Assembly (NCBI GenBank): GCA_050253415.1
Contig: JBFWJC010000001.1
Coordinates: 128,001 to 192,000 of the forward strand
Source: Pedobacter sp.
GTDB taxonomy: Bacteria; Desulfobacterota; Desulfuromonadia; Desulfuromonadales; Syntrophotaleaceae
Direction: 5' to 3'
DNA length: 64,000 nucleotides
Shown: positions 20,409-29,499 of the stretch, piece after piece
How the letters are laid out: each line of letters starts with the position of its first letter
Position numbering within the stretch: position 1 is the first letter of the stretch
Made by a program: the position numbers and the translations under genes
The notes under the pieces: generated by a model
Database searches by the model: none
The model's input: only the letters and a program-made list of their open reading frames with translations
What the model was told of the DNA's origin: nothing

Positions 20409-22672
20409 GAGATACTCCGTCCTGCAATAATGGCTTGCCCCAGCGCCAAACCGCCATCGTTGGGCGGAGCCAGGCGCTGATTGAAAACCTGAAAACCCGC
20501 CGTTTCCAGCCGGGCACAAAGCCCTTCGCAAAGCAGCCGGTTCTGAAAAACGCCTCCGGACAACACCACGCGGTCATGACCGGTGACGGTACGGATATTT
20601 TCGCATACCGCGCTCGCAGCGACCGCCAGGCTATTGTGAAACCGGCGGGCCATCGCGGCCCTCGGGTAGTCGTGCTGAACCTCCCGCACCAACCGCTGCA
20701 ACATGTCGCCAAACTCGACCACCAGTCGCCCTTCGACCTCGGTCAGGTTGAAGGGATAGTGATCGGTCACCGGGCTGGTTTCCGCCAAGGCTTCCAGTTC
20801 GATAGCGGCCTGTCCCTCGTAGGCCACCTGCTGCCGCAGACCGAGCAGGCTGGCCACCGCGTCGAACAGCCTTCCGCAACTGGACGTCAAGGGCGCGTTC
20901 AAACGCCGCTGCAGCATCTGCAAAAACAGCTTGCGGTCGGCCGGTTGCACCGCCGCCGTGCAGGGCAACGAAAGGTCGAATAGTTTCTCCCCGAAACTCT
21001 CGTAGAGGTAGGACAGCGCCATGCGCCAGGGCTCCCGTGCCACCGCATCCCCGCCCGGCAGGGGCATGGGACGCAGATGACCGAGGCGTTCGAATCGTTG
21101 GTAACCGCCCACCAGAAACTCCCCGCCCCAGATGGTCCCGTCCGCCCCGAAACCGGTTCCGTCGAAGATCACCCCGATAACCTCGCCTTCCAGGGCGTTT
21201 TCCGCCATGCAGGAGGCCATATGGGCATGGTGATGCTGCACCGCCACGCGCGGCAGGTCGGACAAAGACTCGGCAAAGCGGGTGGACAGGTAGTCGGGAT
21301 GCAGGTCATGCGCCACCAGCTGCGGACGGATCTGCAGGATATCCTGCAGATGAGTGACCGTCTGCGCCAGGGAATCCAGGGTAGCAACGTTCTGCAGATC
21401 ACCGATATGCTGGCTGAGAAACGCCTGGTCGCCTCGGGTCAGACAGGCCGCCCCTTTCAGCTCGCCGCCTACCGCCAGCACCGGCGGCTGACTGGCCGGC
21501 AAAGCGATAGGGCGGGGCGTATAGCCACGGGCACGACGCAGAAACACCGGCTGTTCCCGCAACACCCGGATCACCGAATCGTCGCAGCGCATGTGAATAT
21601 CCCGATCGTGGCTCAGGACATAGTCGGCCATGGGCGCCAATCGCGCCATGGCGTCTGCATCCCGATAGCAGATCGGTTCGTCGGCCAGGTTTCCGCTGGT
21701 CATGACCAGGGCATTGAACTTGTCGCGCAGCAGCAAATGATGCAACGGCGTGTAGGGCAGCATAACCCCGTAATAACCGTTGGCCGGTGCAACCTGGGGA
21801 GCAATCAGCTGTTGGTCGCGCTTGCGCAGCAACACGATGGGGGCTTCCGGCCCCTGCAGAAGGCGGGCTTCGGTCGGCGTACAGTGGGCAAAGGCGACGA
21901 TGGTTGCCAAATCCGGCGCCATGAGGGCAAAGGGTTTCTCATCGCGATTTTTGCGGCGCCGCAGTTCAGCTACTGCCGCCTGGTTGCCTGCATCCACCGC
22001 CAGGTGATAGCCACCCAGACCCTTGACCGCCAGGATACTGCCTGCCTTTAGCAGCTCGATGGCAGCCGCCAGAGGATCACCGCTCACCCCGCTGCCCTGC
22101 CCATCACGCAAGCTTAGACGCGGACCGCAATCCGGGCAGGCATTGGGTTGGGCATGAAAGCGCCGCTGCGAGGGGTCCTGATATTCGGCGAGGCAAGTCT
22201 CGCACATGCTGAATCCGGCCATGCTGGTCAGCGGACGATCGTAGGGCGCGCCGTAAATGATGGAATAGCGGGGCCCGCAGTTGGTGCAATTGATGAAGGG
22301 GTAACGGTAACGCCGGTCGGAAGGATCGAACAATTCAGCCAGGCAGTCGGCACAGACCGCGCTATCGGGAGCGATCTGCACTTCTTCTCCGCAGTCGCCG
22401 CTTGGGCGGATAACGAACCCCTCAGCCTCCGTCACAGGCATCTCCCCGGTCTGCACGCCACTGACCAGAGCCAGCGGCGGGACCTGATCCTGAAGATCGA
22501 CCAGGAAACGCCGGATCGCATGGGTCTGCCCCTGGGCTTCCAGCACCACCCCGGCCGGAGTGTTCATCACCCACCCGCTCAGTGCGTGAGCAGCGGCTAG
22601 ACGATAAACGAAGGGACGGAAACCTACCCCCTGCACGATGCCTTGAATGTGGACTCTGACTCGTTTAGTCAC
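20399..22672 (-). CDS. hypF: Carbamoyltransferase HypF
   Basis: [12 protein letters not shown] acylphosphatase domain, two Cys zinc fingers, QHHHAH and NDGGLALGQ. Confidence 0.96.
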   Translation of the reverse strand: MTKRVRVHIQGIVQGVGFRPFVYRLAAAHALSGWVMNTPAGVVLEAQGQTHAIRRFLVDLQDQVPPLALVSGVQTGEMPVTEAEGFVIRPSGDCGEEVQIAPDSAVCADCLAELFDPSDRRYRYPFINCTNCGPRYSIIYGAPYDRPLTSMAGFSMCETCLAEYQDPSQRRFHAQPNACPDCGPRLSLRDGQGSGVSGDPLAAAIELLKAGSILAVKGLGGYHLAVDAGNQAAVAELRRRKNRDEKPFALMAPDLATIVAFAHCTPTEARLLQGPEAPIVLLRKRDQQLIAPQVAPANGYYGVMLPYTPLHHLLLRDKFNALVMTSGNLADEPICYRDADAMARLAPMADYVLSHDRDIHMRCDDSVIRVLREQPVFLRRARGYTPRPIALPASQPPVLAVGGELKGAACLTRGDQAFLSQHIGDLQNVATLDSLAQTVTHLQDILQIRPQLVAHDLHPDYLSTRFAESLSDLPRVAVQHHHAHMASCMAENALEGEVIGVIFDGTGFGADGTIWGGEFLVGGYQRFERLGHLRPMPLPGGDAVAREPWRMALSYLYESFGEKLFDLSLPCTAAVQPADRKLFLQMLQRRLNAPLTSSCGRLFDAVASLLGLRQQVAYEGQAAIELEALAETSPVTDHYPFNLTEVEGRLVVEFGDMLQRLVREVQHDYPRAAMARRFHNSLAVAASAVCENIRTVTGHDRVVLSGGVFQNRLLCEGLCARLETAGFQVFNQRLAPPNDGGLALGQAIIAGRSISCV

Positions 22673-23411
22673 TATCCGGTCCGGGTTTTTGTGCTTTGTC
22701 GATACCCTGTTGCAACCAGGCGTACCAGGCATCCATGCCTTGTCCGGTTTTGCTCGAAACCTCGAGGATGCGAATCCCCGGATTAACCTGGCGGGCGAAC
22801 GCCTTGCACTGTTCCACATCGAAATCGAGATGCGGCAATAAATCGACCTTATTGAGCAGCATCAGGTCGGCATGATGAAACATGGCCGGGTACTTCAATG
22901 GCTTGTCCTCCCCTTCCGTCACGCTCAACACCACCACCTTATGGTGCTCGCCGAGATCGAAGGTCGCCGGGCAGACCAGGTTGCCGACGTTCTCGATAAG
23001 CAGAATATCCAGAGCGGGCAACTCGAAATTCTCCACCGCATGGCCGACCATGTGCGCATCGAGATGGCAACCGGCACCGGTGTTGACCTGCTTGACCGGA
23101 ACCCCGGTGGCGGCGATGCGCGCCGCATCGTTGTCGGTCTGTTGATCCCCTTCAACGACGGCAAATTGGTGGATCCCCCGCAAATCGCGCAGGGTTCGCT
23201 CTAAAATGCTGGTTTTGCCGGAGCCGGGAGAGCTGACCAGATTGAGGACAAACACCCCCTGACGTGCGAACAGGGCGCGATTGCCAGCCGCCAGCCGATT
23301 GTTCTTGGACAGGATATCGGTCTCGACCGCGATGGTCCTGACCGCCCCTTCCGTACCGTGGGCATGCTCGTGATGGTGATCTCCCGGGCCGCAGCCGCAA
23401 TCGATACACAT
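22665..23411 (-). CDS. hypB: Hydrogenase nickel-insertion GTPase HypB
   Basis: MCIDCGC plus His-rich N-terminus, [22 protein letters not shown] and NKVD. Confidence 0.96.
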   Translation of the reverse strand: MCIDCGCGPGDHHHEHAHGTEGAVRTIAVETDILSKNNRLAAGNRALFARQGVFVLNLVSSPGSGKTSILERTLRDLRGIHQFAVVEGDQQTDNDAARIAATGVPVKQVNTGAGCHLDAHMVGHAVENFELPALDILLIENVGNLVCPATFDLGEHHKVVVLSVTEGEDKPLKYPAMFHHADLMLLNKVDLLPHLDFDVEQCKAFARQVNPGIRILEVSSKTGQGMDAWYAWLQQGIDKAQKPGPDSD

Positions 23412-23413
23412 AA

Positions 23414-23746
23414 TTATTGGACCTCCAGTTGTTTTACCTGTAATTCCTCGCCGGACAGAATCTCCAGCTGATAACCGCCGCAGGCGGCACAGGCGTCGTG
23501 ATAGGAGCGGATGGTGACCTGTGCCGCACAGGTGCGGCAACGGGCCCTGGCGGGTATCCGCTCGATGACCAGACGCGCCCCCTGCAACAGGGTGTCCCGG
23601 CTGCAGGCTTCAAAACAGAATTCGACCGCATCGGGCACCACCCCGCTTAAATCGCCGATCTCCACCCGGACCAAGCGTACCTGGCGACCCGCAGCATGGG
23701 ATTCGCAGATCTCCACGATGCTCTGAGTGATGGCGAGTTCATGCAT
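23414..23746 (-). CDS. hypA: Hydrogenase nickel chaperone HypA
   Basis: MHE N-terminus and two CxxC motifs. Confidence 0.95.
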   Translation of the reverse strand: MHELAITQSIVEICESHAAGRQVRLVRVEIGDLSGVVPDAVEFCFEACSRDTLLQGARLVIERIPARARCRTCAAQVTIRSYHDACAACGGYQLEILSGEELQVKQLEVQ

Positions 23747-23811
23747 GCTGACCACCGTATCCAAAAGGGGCAAAGCAAGCTGCCGCCTCGAGCGCGGAGC
23801 AAGGCACCCTG

Positions 23812-23970
23812 TTATTTGTCCTCAATTTCGTCCTTGCCTTCGGCGGCCCTGCGGAAATTCTTGATGCCTTTGCCAAGGGCGCCGCCGAGTTCCGGCAACT
23901 TGCCTGCGCCAAAAATCACCATGACGATCACAAGAATGATCAAAAGCTCTGACATACCCAGTCCAAACAT
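23812..23970 (-). CDS. tatA: TatA/E (52 aa; absent from ORF track)
   Basis: Manual translation [60 protein letters not shown]. Confidence 0.93.
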   Translation of the reverse strand: MFGLGMSELLIILVIVMVIFGAGKLPELGGALGKGIKNFRRAAEGKDEIEDK

Positions 23971-24047
23971 GTTCGTTGCTCCCAGTTACCATCGGTTTTA
24001 TGTATCACTTCGCGCGCCCCTATCCGGCTGAACGCAACCCTTGTTCT

Positions 24048-24524
24048 TCACAAAGGCATCGTCTCAAACCCCCAGTGCCGCAGTTCCTCCAGCACCCTGG
24101 TGACTAACGCGTCCATTTGCGCTGCCACCTGCGGGGATAGTTCCAGGCCCAGATCGAGGCAGGCGGGCTGCACTCCCCACAAAACCACTTCCTGGGGAAC
24201 CCAGCCCCGCAGGCTGGCTACCGCCAGCAGATCGGACACACCCTGCTGATGGGGGGACAACTTGGCCGTAACAACCCGGGGGATCTCGTCATCGGCCAGC
24301 CTGAGCAGAGTTCCCGGCAGCCCTCCCGTCTCGACGGCATCCACCACCAGCAGCTTTTCCACCCCCTGCAGATGGTGCAGAAGAGCGGTGCCCATGGTAT
24401 CTCCATCGACCAGTTTCACGGACGAGGGAAACCGGTAGCGCTGCTCAAGCAACTGCAACAGTCGGCCGCCGACGGAGTCGTCGGACATAATCGGGTTGCC
24501 GATACCCAAGATCAGCACGGACAT
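24048..24524 (-). CDS. Hydrogenase maturation endopeptidase (HyaD/HybD/HupD family)
   Basis: LGIGNPIMSDD.VG, VVDAV and SPHQ. Confidence 0.93.
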   Translation of the reverse strand: MSVLILGIGNPIMSDDSVGGRLLQLLEQRYRFPSSVKLVDGDTMGTALLHHLQGVEKLLVVDAVETGGLPGTLLRLADDEIPRVVTAKLSPHQQGVSDLLAVASLRGWVPQEVVLWGVQPACLDLGLELSPQVAAQMDALVTRVLEELRHWGFETMPL

Positions 24525-24565
24525 GCTCTTACCCCGCATCCCAAAGAAACTAAACGGTTGACGCT

Positions 24566-26290
24566 TTATAAAGCTTTCACCTCGTACCCCTGGTTTTTGT
24601 GGGGATCGAAAACATGCACGGCGCAGGCAATGCACGGATCAAAAGAATGGACCACCCGCAGCACCTCCAACGGTTTTGCCTCATCGGCCACCGGGGTATC
24701 GATGAGGGCCTGCTCCACCGGCCCGGGTATATTGTTGCCATCGCGCGGACCGAAATTCCAGGTGGAGGGGACCACCATCTGATAGTTGGAAATCTTGCCG
24801 CCGGAAAAGTTCAGCCAGTGTCCCAGGGCACCGCGCGGCGCCTCGTTCAAAGCCACCCCGCTTCCTGCATCCGGCATCGTGAAGACAGCGCGAAAAGGCA
24901 TTTGCGATCCCTGGGGGCTGGGCGACAGTTGCGCAATCCACCCGCCCATGGCATCGGCTATCACCTTGGTCTCGATGGCACGGGCTGCAGTACGGCCGAT
25001 AGTGGAATACATGCCGGCCAGGCTTATTCCCGCCTTCTGCAAAAAGCTGTTGACCACTTGTACCGTGGCCTGCTGTCCTTTGCCGTAGTTAATCATCACC
25101 CGCGCCAGTGGGCCAACCTCCATGGCCTGACCCTGGTAGCGCGGCGCCTTGATCCAGCTGTATTTGTTCGAAGTATTGATGCCGGTATAATTGGGCACCG
25201 TCTGCCCCTGGGACGGATGCAGGGCGCTGCCGCTATACCAGCTGTGAGTGACATGCTCGCTGATCTGGCTGATGTCCACCGGCTGCACAGAGGCGGTCTG
25301 GCGATTGAAAATGGCCCCGCGCGGGAAATACAGGCTGTCGGGCTCGGCGCCGCCCAAAGGGAATTCCCCGAAGCTCATCAGGTTTTCGCTGCCGCCGATG
25401 TTCGCATAGTCCGCATACCGGGCTGCCAGCCAGGTCGCATCGGGCAGATAGCAGGTGGTAACAAAATCCCTGGCCGCATTGCTGGCGCTGGCGAATTCGT
25501 TGATGCGGGCGGAGGTCAGATCCTTGTTCAGGGGCACCCCGCCGACGATCATGCCGTGGGGATGGGGGTTCTTGCCGGCCAGAATGGCGTGCATGTGCGC
25601 GGCGTTAATCTGGATGCGTAGCGCCTCAAGATAATTGGCCATCATCACCAGGTTTTCCTCGGGGCTCAGAATATAGCCTGAATGCCCCCAGTAACCGTTG
25701 GCGAAGGGGCCTAGCTGGCCGCTGCCGACAAAGGTCTGCAGGCGCTGCTTGACCCCGCTGAAATACGCGGCATTCCGGTTGCGGCCCGCGTAGATCTGTT
25801 TATCCACCGAGGCGGCCTGCGCAGGGTCGGCGTTGAGGGCACTGGTGATATCCACCCAGTCAAGCAGGTGCAGCTGATAAAAATGTACGATATGATCGTG
25901 AATCCACTGCGCCCCCATGAGCAGATTGCGGATCACCCGCGCCTTGTCGGGGATAGCTACTCCGACGGCATCCTCTACGCTTCGGATGGAGGTGATGCCA
26001 TGCACGTAGGTGCAGACGCCGCAAAGCCGCTGGGTGAACATCCAGGCGTCCCTCGGATCACGGTTCTTCAGGATCGGTTCAACGCCGCGAAATAGTGGAC
26101 TGGTGCTCCAGGCGTTACTGACCCTGCCTCCGGAAACCGCGGTTTCCACGCGCAGATGACCCTCGATACGGGTGACCGGGTCGATGACGATATTTCCGGT
26201 GCTCGGGGCTGGAGTCGGCGTTGGATCCGGTGTCGGAGTCGGATCGGTGGGCGGATTATTTGGATTCCCCGGGTTATCTTTTTTTGGCAT
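24566..26290 (-). CDS. Group 1 [NiFe]-hydrogenase large subunit with N-terminal Pro/Thr-rich extension
   Basis: DPVTRIEGH, L1 TQRLCGVCTYVH, L2 FDPCIACAVH and a 15-aa cleavable tail. No Sec. Confidence 0.96.
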   Translation of the reverse strand: MPKKDNPGNPNNPPTDPTPTPDPTPTPAPSTGNIVIDPVTRIEGHLRVETAVSGGRVSNAWSTSPLFRGVEPILKNRDPRDAWMFTQRLCGVCTYVHGITSIRSVEDAVGVAIPDKARVIRNLLMGAQWIHDHIVHFYQLHLLDWVDITSALNADPAQAASVDKQIYAGRNRNAAYFSGVKQRLQTFVGSGQLGPFANGYWGHSGYILSPEENLVMMANYLEALRIQINAAHMHAILAGKNPHPHGMIVGGVPLNKDLTSARINEFASASNAARDFVTTCYLPDATWLAARYADYANIGGSENLMSFGEFPLGGAEPDSLYFPRGAIFNRQTASVQPVDISQISEHVTHSWYSGSALHPSQGQTVPNYTGINTSNKYSWIKAPRYQGQAMEVGPLARVMINYGKGQQATVQVVNSFLQKAGISLAGMYSTIGRTAARAIETKVIADAMGGWIAQLSPSPQGSQMPFRAVFTMPDAGSGVALNEAPRGALGHWLNFSGGKISNYQMVVPSTWNFGPRDGNNIPGPVEQALIDTPVADEAKPLEVLRVVHSFDPCIACAVHVFDPHKNQGYEVKAL

Positions 26291-26356
26291 ATGCAACCTT
26301 CCCTATTTGTATCCGGCACAAACCTTCAGCGGATGACTGGCCGTGATAACGCTTCG

Positions 26357-27277
26357 TTAATAGCTGCCCGAATAATCGAAAAACGGGGCCGAATTATCCC
26401 AGAAACCCGGCGTCGTGCAGTTCTTGCACGGCGCATCGGCCTGCACGCACCAACTGGTGCCGCCGTTGTATTTAACCGACGGGCAATTGTGAGCCGCCAG
26501 TGGCCCTTTGCAGCCGAAGTTCTTCAGACACCAGCTGGTGCCGCGGCGCGGGCACTGGCTGTGTACCTTGTTCGCATAAGCAAAAATGGGTCGGCCATCC
26601 CTGTCGGTCCGTGGCATTTGATTGTTAAGCAGATAATTAACGATCAAAGCCGCGATATTCACCGCATTGGGTGGACAACCCGGCAGGTTGATGGTGGAGA
26701 TGCCCGTGGCATCCTTTACGCCCTTGGCTCCGGTAAGACCGCCTGCAGCAGCTGGTAATCCTCCGTAGGAAGCACAGGTACCGACACTTATGACTTTCTT
26801 CGCTTTCGGCAGCACTTCCTGGGCGACCTGTAGCATGGTCTTGCCACCGATCATTCCGTAAATGCCACCGTTGGCGGTCGGTATGGCGCCTTCCACAAAA
26901 CACAGGAATTGCCCGGCATATTTGCTGACTGCACTGTCCAGACAAGCGGTAGCGGCATCACCCGCCGCAGCCATAAGGGTTTCATGGTATTCCGCAGAGA
27001 CCTTCTCCAGAAGAAGGTCATCGATAAATGGATCTGCTGTGCGCAGCAGAGCCTCGGTGCAACCGGTACACTCAGCAAACTGCAACCAGATAATCGGTGG
27101 CCGCGGTGCGGTAGTAATGGCCTGAGCGATTTTGGGAATGAAGGACGCCTCCAGCCCCAGGGTTGCCGCCATCAGGCCACAAAACTTCATGAAATCCCGG
27201 CGAGTTACCCCCTTGCGCTCAACCAATTCGTCGATTTTGTCTTCCAAACCATCCTCGAGCTTATCTTCCGGCTTCAT
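26357..27277 (-). CDS. [NiFe]-hydrogenase small subunit, Tat signal, no C-terminal anchor
   Basis: TRRDFMK Tat motif, proximal ECTGC/GTC/PGCP, distal HSQC..C..C and medial C..WC..PCKNC. Confidence 0.95.
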   Translation of the reverse strand: MKPEDKLEDGLEDKIDELVERKGVTRRDFMKFCGLMAATLGLEASFIPKIAQAITTAPRPPIIWLQFAECTGCTEALLRTADPFIDDLLLEKVSAEYHETLMAAAGDAATACLDSAVSKYAGQFLCFVEGAIPTANGGIYGMIGGKTMLQVAQEVLPKAKKVISVGTCASYGGLPAAAGGLTGAKGVKDATGISTINLPGCPPNAVNIAALIVNYLLNNQMPRTDRDGRPIFAYANKVHSQCPRRGTSWCLKNFGCKGPLAAHNCPSVKYNGGTSWCVQADAPCKNCTTPGFWDNSAPFFDYSGSY

Positions 27278-27420
27278 TGAACCTCCCTCCTCGGTGTCCT
27301 GCTCGGTTCGTGGTATCGATTTGAGGTCTTTTGGTTCCTCCGCTGAGTCTTCCAGCGTCAGAATGTCAGGGATTCCTGTCCTGCTCCCGTCCTGCCTCTA
27401 CCTAAGTATCCTGACAATGG

Positions 27421-27436
27421 GCAATTTTTGTGCCCA
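27421..27436 (-). promoter_or_regulatory. Sigma-54 (-24/-12) promoter of the hydrogenase operon
   Basis: The minus strand reads tgGGCACAAAAATTGC (GG-N10-GC), about 145 nt upstream of the start codon. Confidence 0.7.
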
Positions 27437-27897
27437 AAAAATCTGGCTTCCGACTCTCTCGCCCCCATTCCAGCCGGCAAAAAATGACCTTTTTGAGAAA
27501 AAAACACCATTTATCGCCTCATGCCTCCCAACCCAAAGCGTTTTTTGATCAGCGTTGTCCTGGCGAAATCAACCTGGACTTTGAAAAACGGCATTTTGTC
27601 GGGAAACCCTGACAGCCTTGTTACCTTTTGTGCGCCCGTTATTTCAGGCCCTTAGGAAACGAACCCGGCACTCAGCTGTTATTCCTGTCGGGAATAAACG
27701 ACTTTTTTTGTCAACTACCGTCCCGCAAAAATACGGTATCGGAAAAGTTAAACCCATATCCCTTGGATAAAACCGTGATAAAAGTTTTAAATCGCGTCCA
27801 AATAAACCTTTATATCGCCATCATACTGCCTGAACCATAAGCCTGGCATGTGAAATTTTCCATTATTAAACGGTTATTTGGAAGTTGCACCAAAAAC

Positions 27898-27937
27898 GAC
27901 TTTCGTTTTCAATACCAATTTTGACATTTTTAGTCAA
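27898..27937 (-). promoter_or_regulatory. Sigma-70-like promoter overlapping a Fur-like box (copy 2)
   Basis: The minus strand reads TTGACT-N17-TATTGAAAACGAAAGTC. The 17-mer is identical to 28816-28832. Confidence 0.5.
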
Positions 27938-28090
27938 GTATTGGATGGGGCAACTATAAAGCCTCTCACTGCACGATCGCTTTCCTGGGACAAAAGAGCG
28001 AACCGCATCATGCGGTCCGCTCTAAATCGTCCACCGTATCCAAGTCAATTCATCCCGCTGGATCCAATGCCGCTTATTTTCCCAATTGCA

Positions 28091-28786
28091 TCATGCACCA
28101 ACCGCAGCAGACATTGGTGCCTCTGGGCACGCTCCAGCCGCTCGGCTCGGACACAAACACAAGGTTGGGTCGCATCCGCCATCAAGTCGTTGCGCCATGC
28201 GACGCCGGCAAGCCTTGTGGCAATTCGCCAGCCCCAGACTGCGACTCGGTTCGCCGTAGATCCTCCAGGGACCGTTGCTGCTATAGGGGATCGCCGCCCA
28301 ACCCATGAACCCGGCGACATCCTTAAGCGGATAGCCCAAAAACAGGCCTATTTCATGGGGAAAGGCTTCCCCTTCCACCCGCTGCGTTAACGTTTCAAGC
28401 GCCTGACTCACCCCTTCATAGGGCGGGTAGCCTGCCTTATGCAAAAAGTTGCGTACATTGGGTCTTTGCAAAAGAGACTCAAGCAGGACCGGGCTATACA
28501 GAAGCACCAGGCGACGGCGCCCGCAATCGCTAAGGACCTGTGCTCGCAGTCCGCTGGTCAGCAGCAATCCCTCGGCATAACGTGACCAAAGCCGATACAG
28601 GTTGCGTCCACAGGTATGCGCACGATCGTGCATCGTAACCAGATTGGCGGGTTTGACCCCCTCAAGCACCTCGGCGGAATGAAATGCCAAAAAGGCCGCC
28701 AGACAGGAACGATCATCCTCAATCTTCTTACCAACCCTTTTCCAAAATACTTCAGTCGGCTGTCCTTTGTTTATTTTAGCTCGCAT
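28091..28786 (-). CDS. DUF3793 family protein
   Basis: GVKPANL, LLYS..L, FPHEIGLFLGYPLKDV.GF and WRIYG. Confidence 0.85.
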   Translation of the reverse strand: MRAKINKGQPTEVFWKRVGKKIEDDRSCLAAFLAFHSAEVLEGVKPANLVTMHDRAHTCGRNLYRLWSRYAEGLLLTSGLRAQVLSDCGRRRLVLLYSPVLLESLLQRPNVRNFLHKAGYPPYEGVSQALETLTQRVEGEAFPHEIGLFLGYPLKDVAGFMGWAAIPYSSNGPWRIYGEPSRSLGLANCHKACRRRMAQRLDGGCDPTLCLCPSRAAGACPEAPMSAAVGA

Positions 28787-28813
28787 ATCGGCTACTTTCC
28801 CTTGATTTTAGTT

Positions 28814-28855
28814 TTGACTTTCGTTTTCAATATCAAATTCAAAGAGAAATGTCAA
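28814..28855 (-). promoter_or_regulatory. Sigma-70-like promoter overlapping a Fur-like box upstream of the DUF3793 gene
   Basis: The minus strand reads TTGACA-N17-TATTGAAAACGAAAGTCAA, resembling the deltaproteobacterial Fur palindrome WTGAAAATNATTTTCAW. Confidence 0.6.
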
Positions 28856-29009
28856 CGTCCATCGCACCAAATCAGCCGGTCTTTTATCTGAGGACAGTTG
28901 ACGAACGGTACCGAGATGTTAACTGTTTAGAAACGGAATTCTTTATCAACGGGCAGGGATACCCAAGGTATCTTTTCCATTGGGCTGTGCAAGGGGAAGG
29001 GATAGTGAT

Positions 29010-29459
29010 ATGCAGGTGGGTGAAGCATGCAACCGGGATGTTGTTATCAGCGATCGCAACGACCTTATTTCAGATGCCGCAAAACTGATGCGCCACCACC
29101 ATGTGGGGGATGTAGTGGTGGTGGAAGAACGCGATGGCAATTATTTCCCTGTCGGCATACTGACCGACCGCGATCTGGTGGTGGAAATTCTGGCCAACGA
29201 GGTCGCACCCGAAACCCTGCTGGTTGGAGATGTAATGACCTATGATCTGGTCGTTGCCAAGGAGGACGAAAGCCTGCCGGAAGCCATCAAGCGCATGCGG
29301 GACAAAGGTATTCGCCGGATGCCCGTTGTAACCAACGATGGCGTATTGGCGGGGATCATCACCCTCGACGATCTGCTGGACCTGATGGCGGAACAACTGG
29401 CCGACCTGGTGGCAATGGTGGGCCGGAGCCAACGTCGGGAATCCGACCGGCATCCCTGA
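29010..29459 (+). CDS. CBS-pair domain protein
   Basis: AAKLMRHHHVG.., GILTDRDL, IRRMPVV and GIITLDD. Confidence 0.9.
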   Translation: MQVGEACNRDVVISDRNDLISDAAKLMRHHHVGDVVVVEERDGNYFPVGILTDRDLVVEILANEVAPETLLVGDVMTYDLVVAKEDESLPEAIKRMRDKGIRRMPVVTNDGVLAGIITLDDLLDLMAEQLADLVAMVGRSQRRESDRHP

Positions 29460-29499
29460 TTTACGATCCTGTGCTGCAGGAGTGCTCACCGATCGATAT

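Noticed and set aside
24566..24650. Possible selenocysteine ([NiFeSe]) hydrogenase, suggested by the 4-Cys medial cluster
   Set aside because: The L2 motif is DPCIAC with ordinary Cys codons and no in-frame TGA.
26357..27277. O2-tolerant 6-Cys proximal cluster
   Set aside because: The proximal motif is ECTGC and GTCASYGG, so the supernumerary cysteines are absent.
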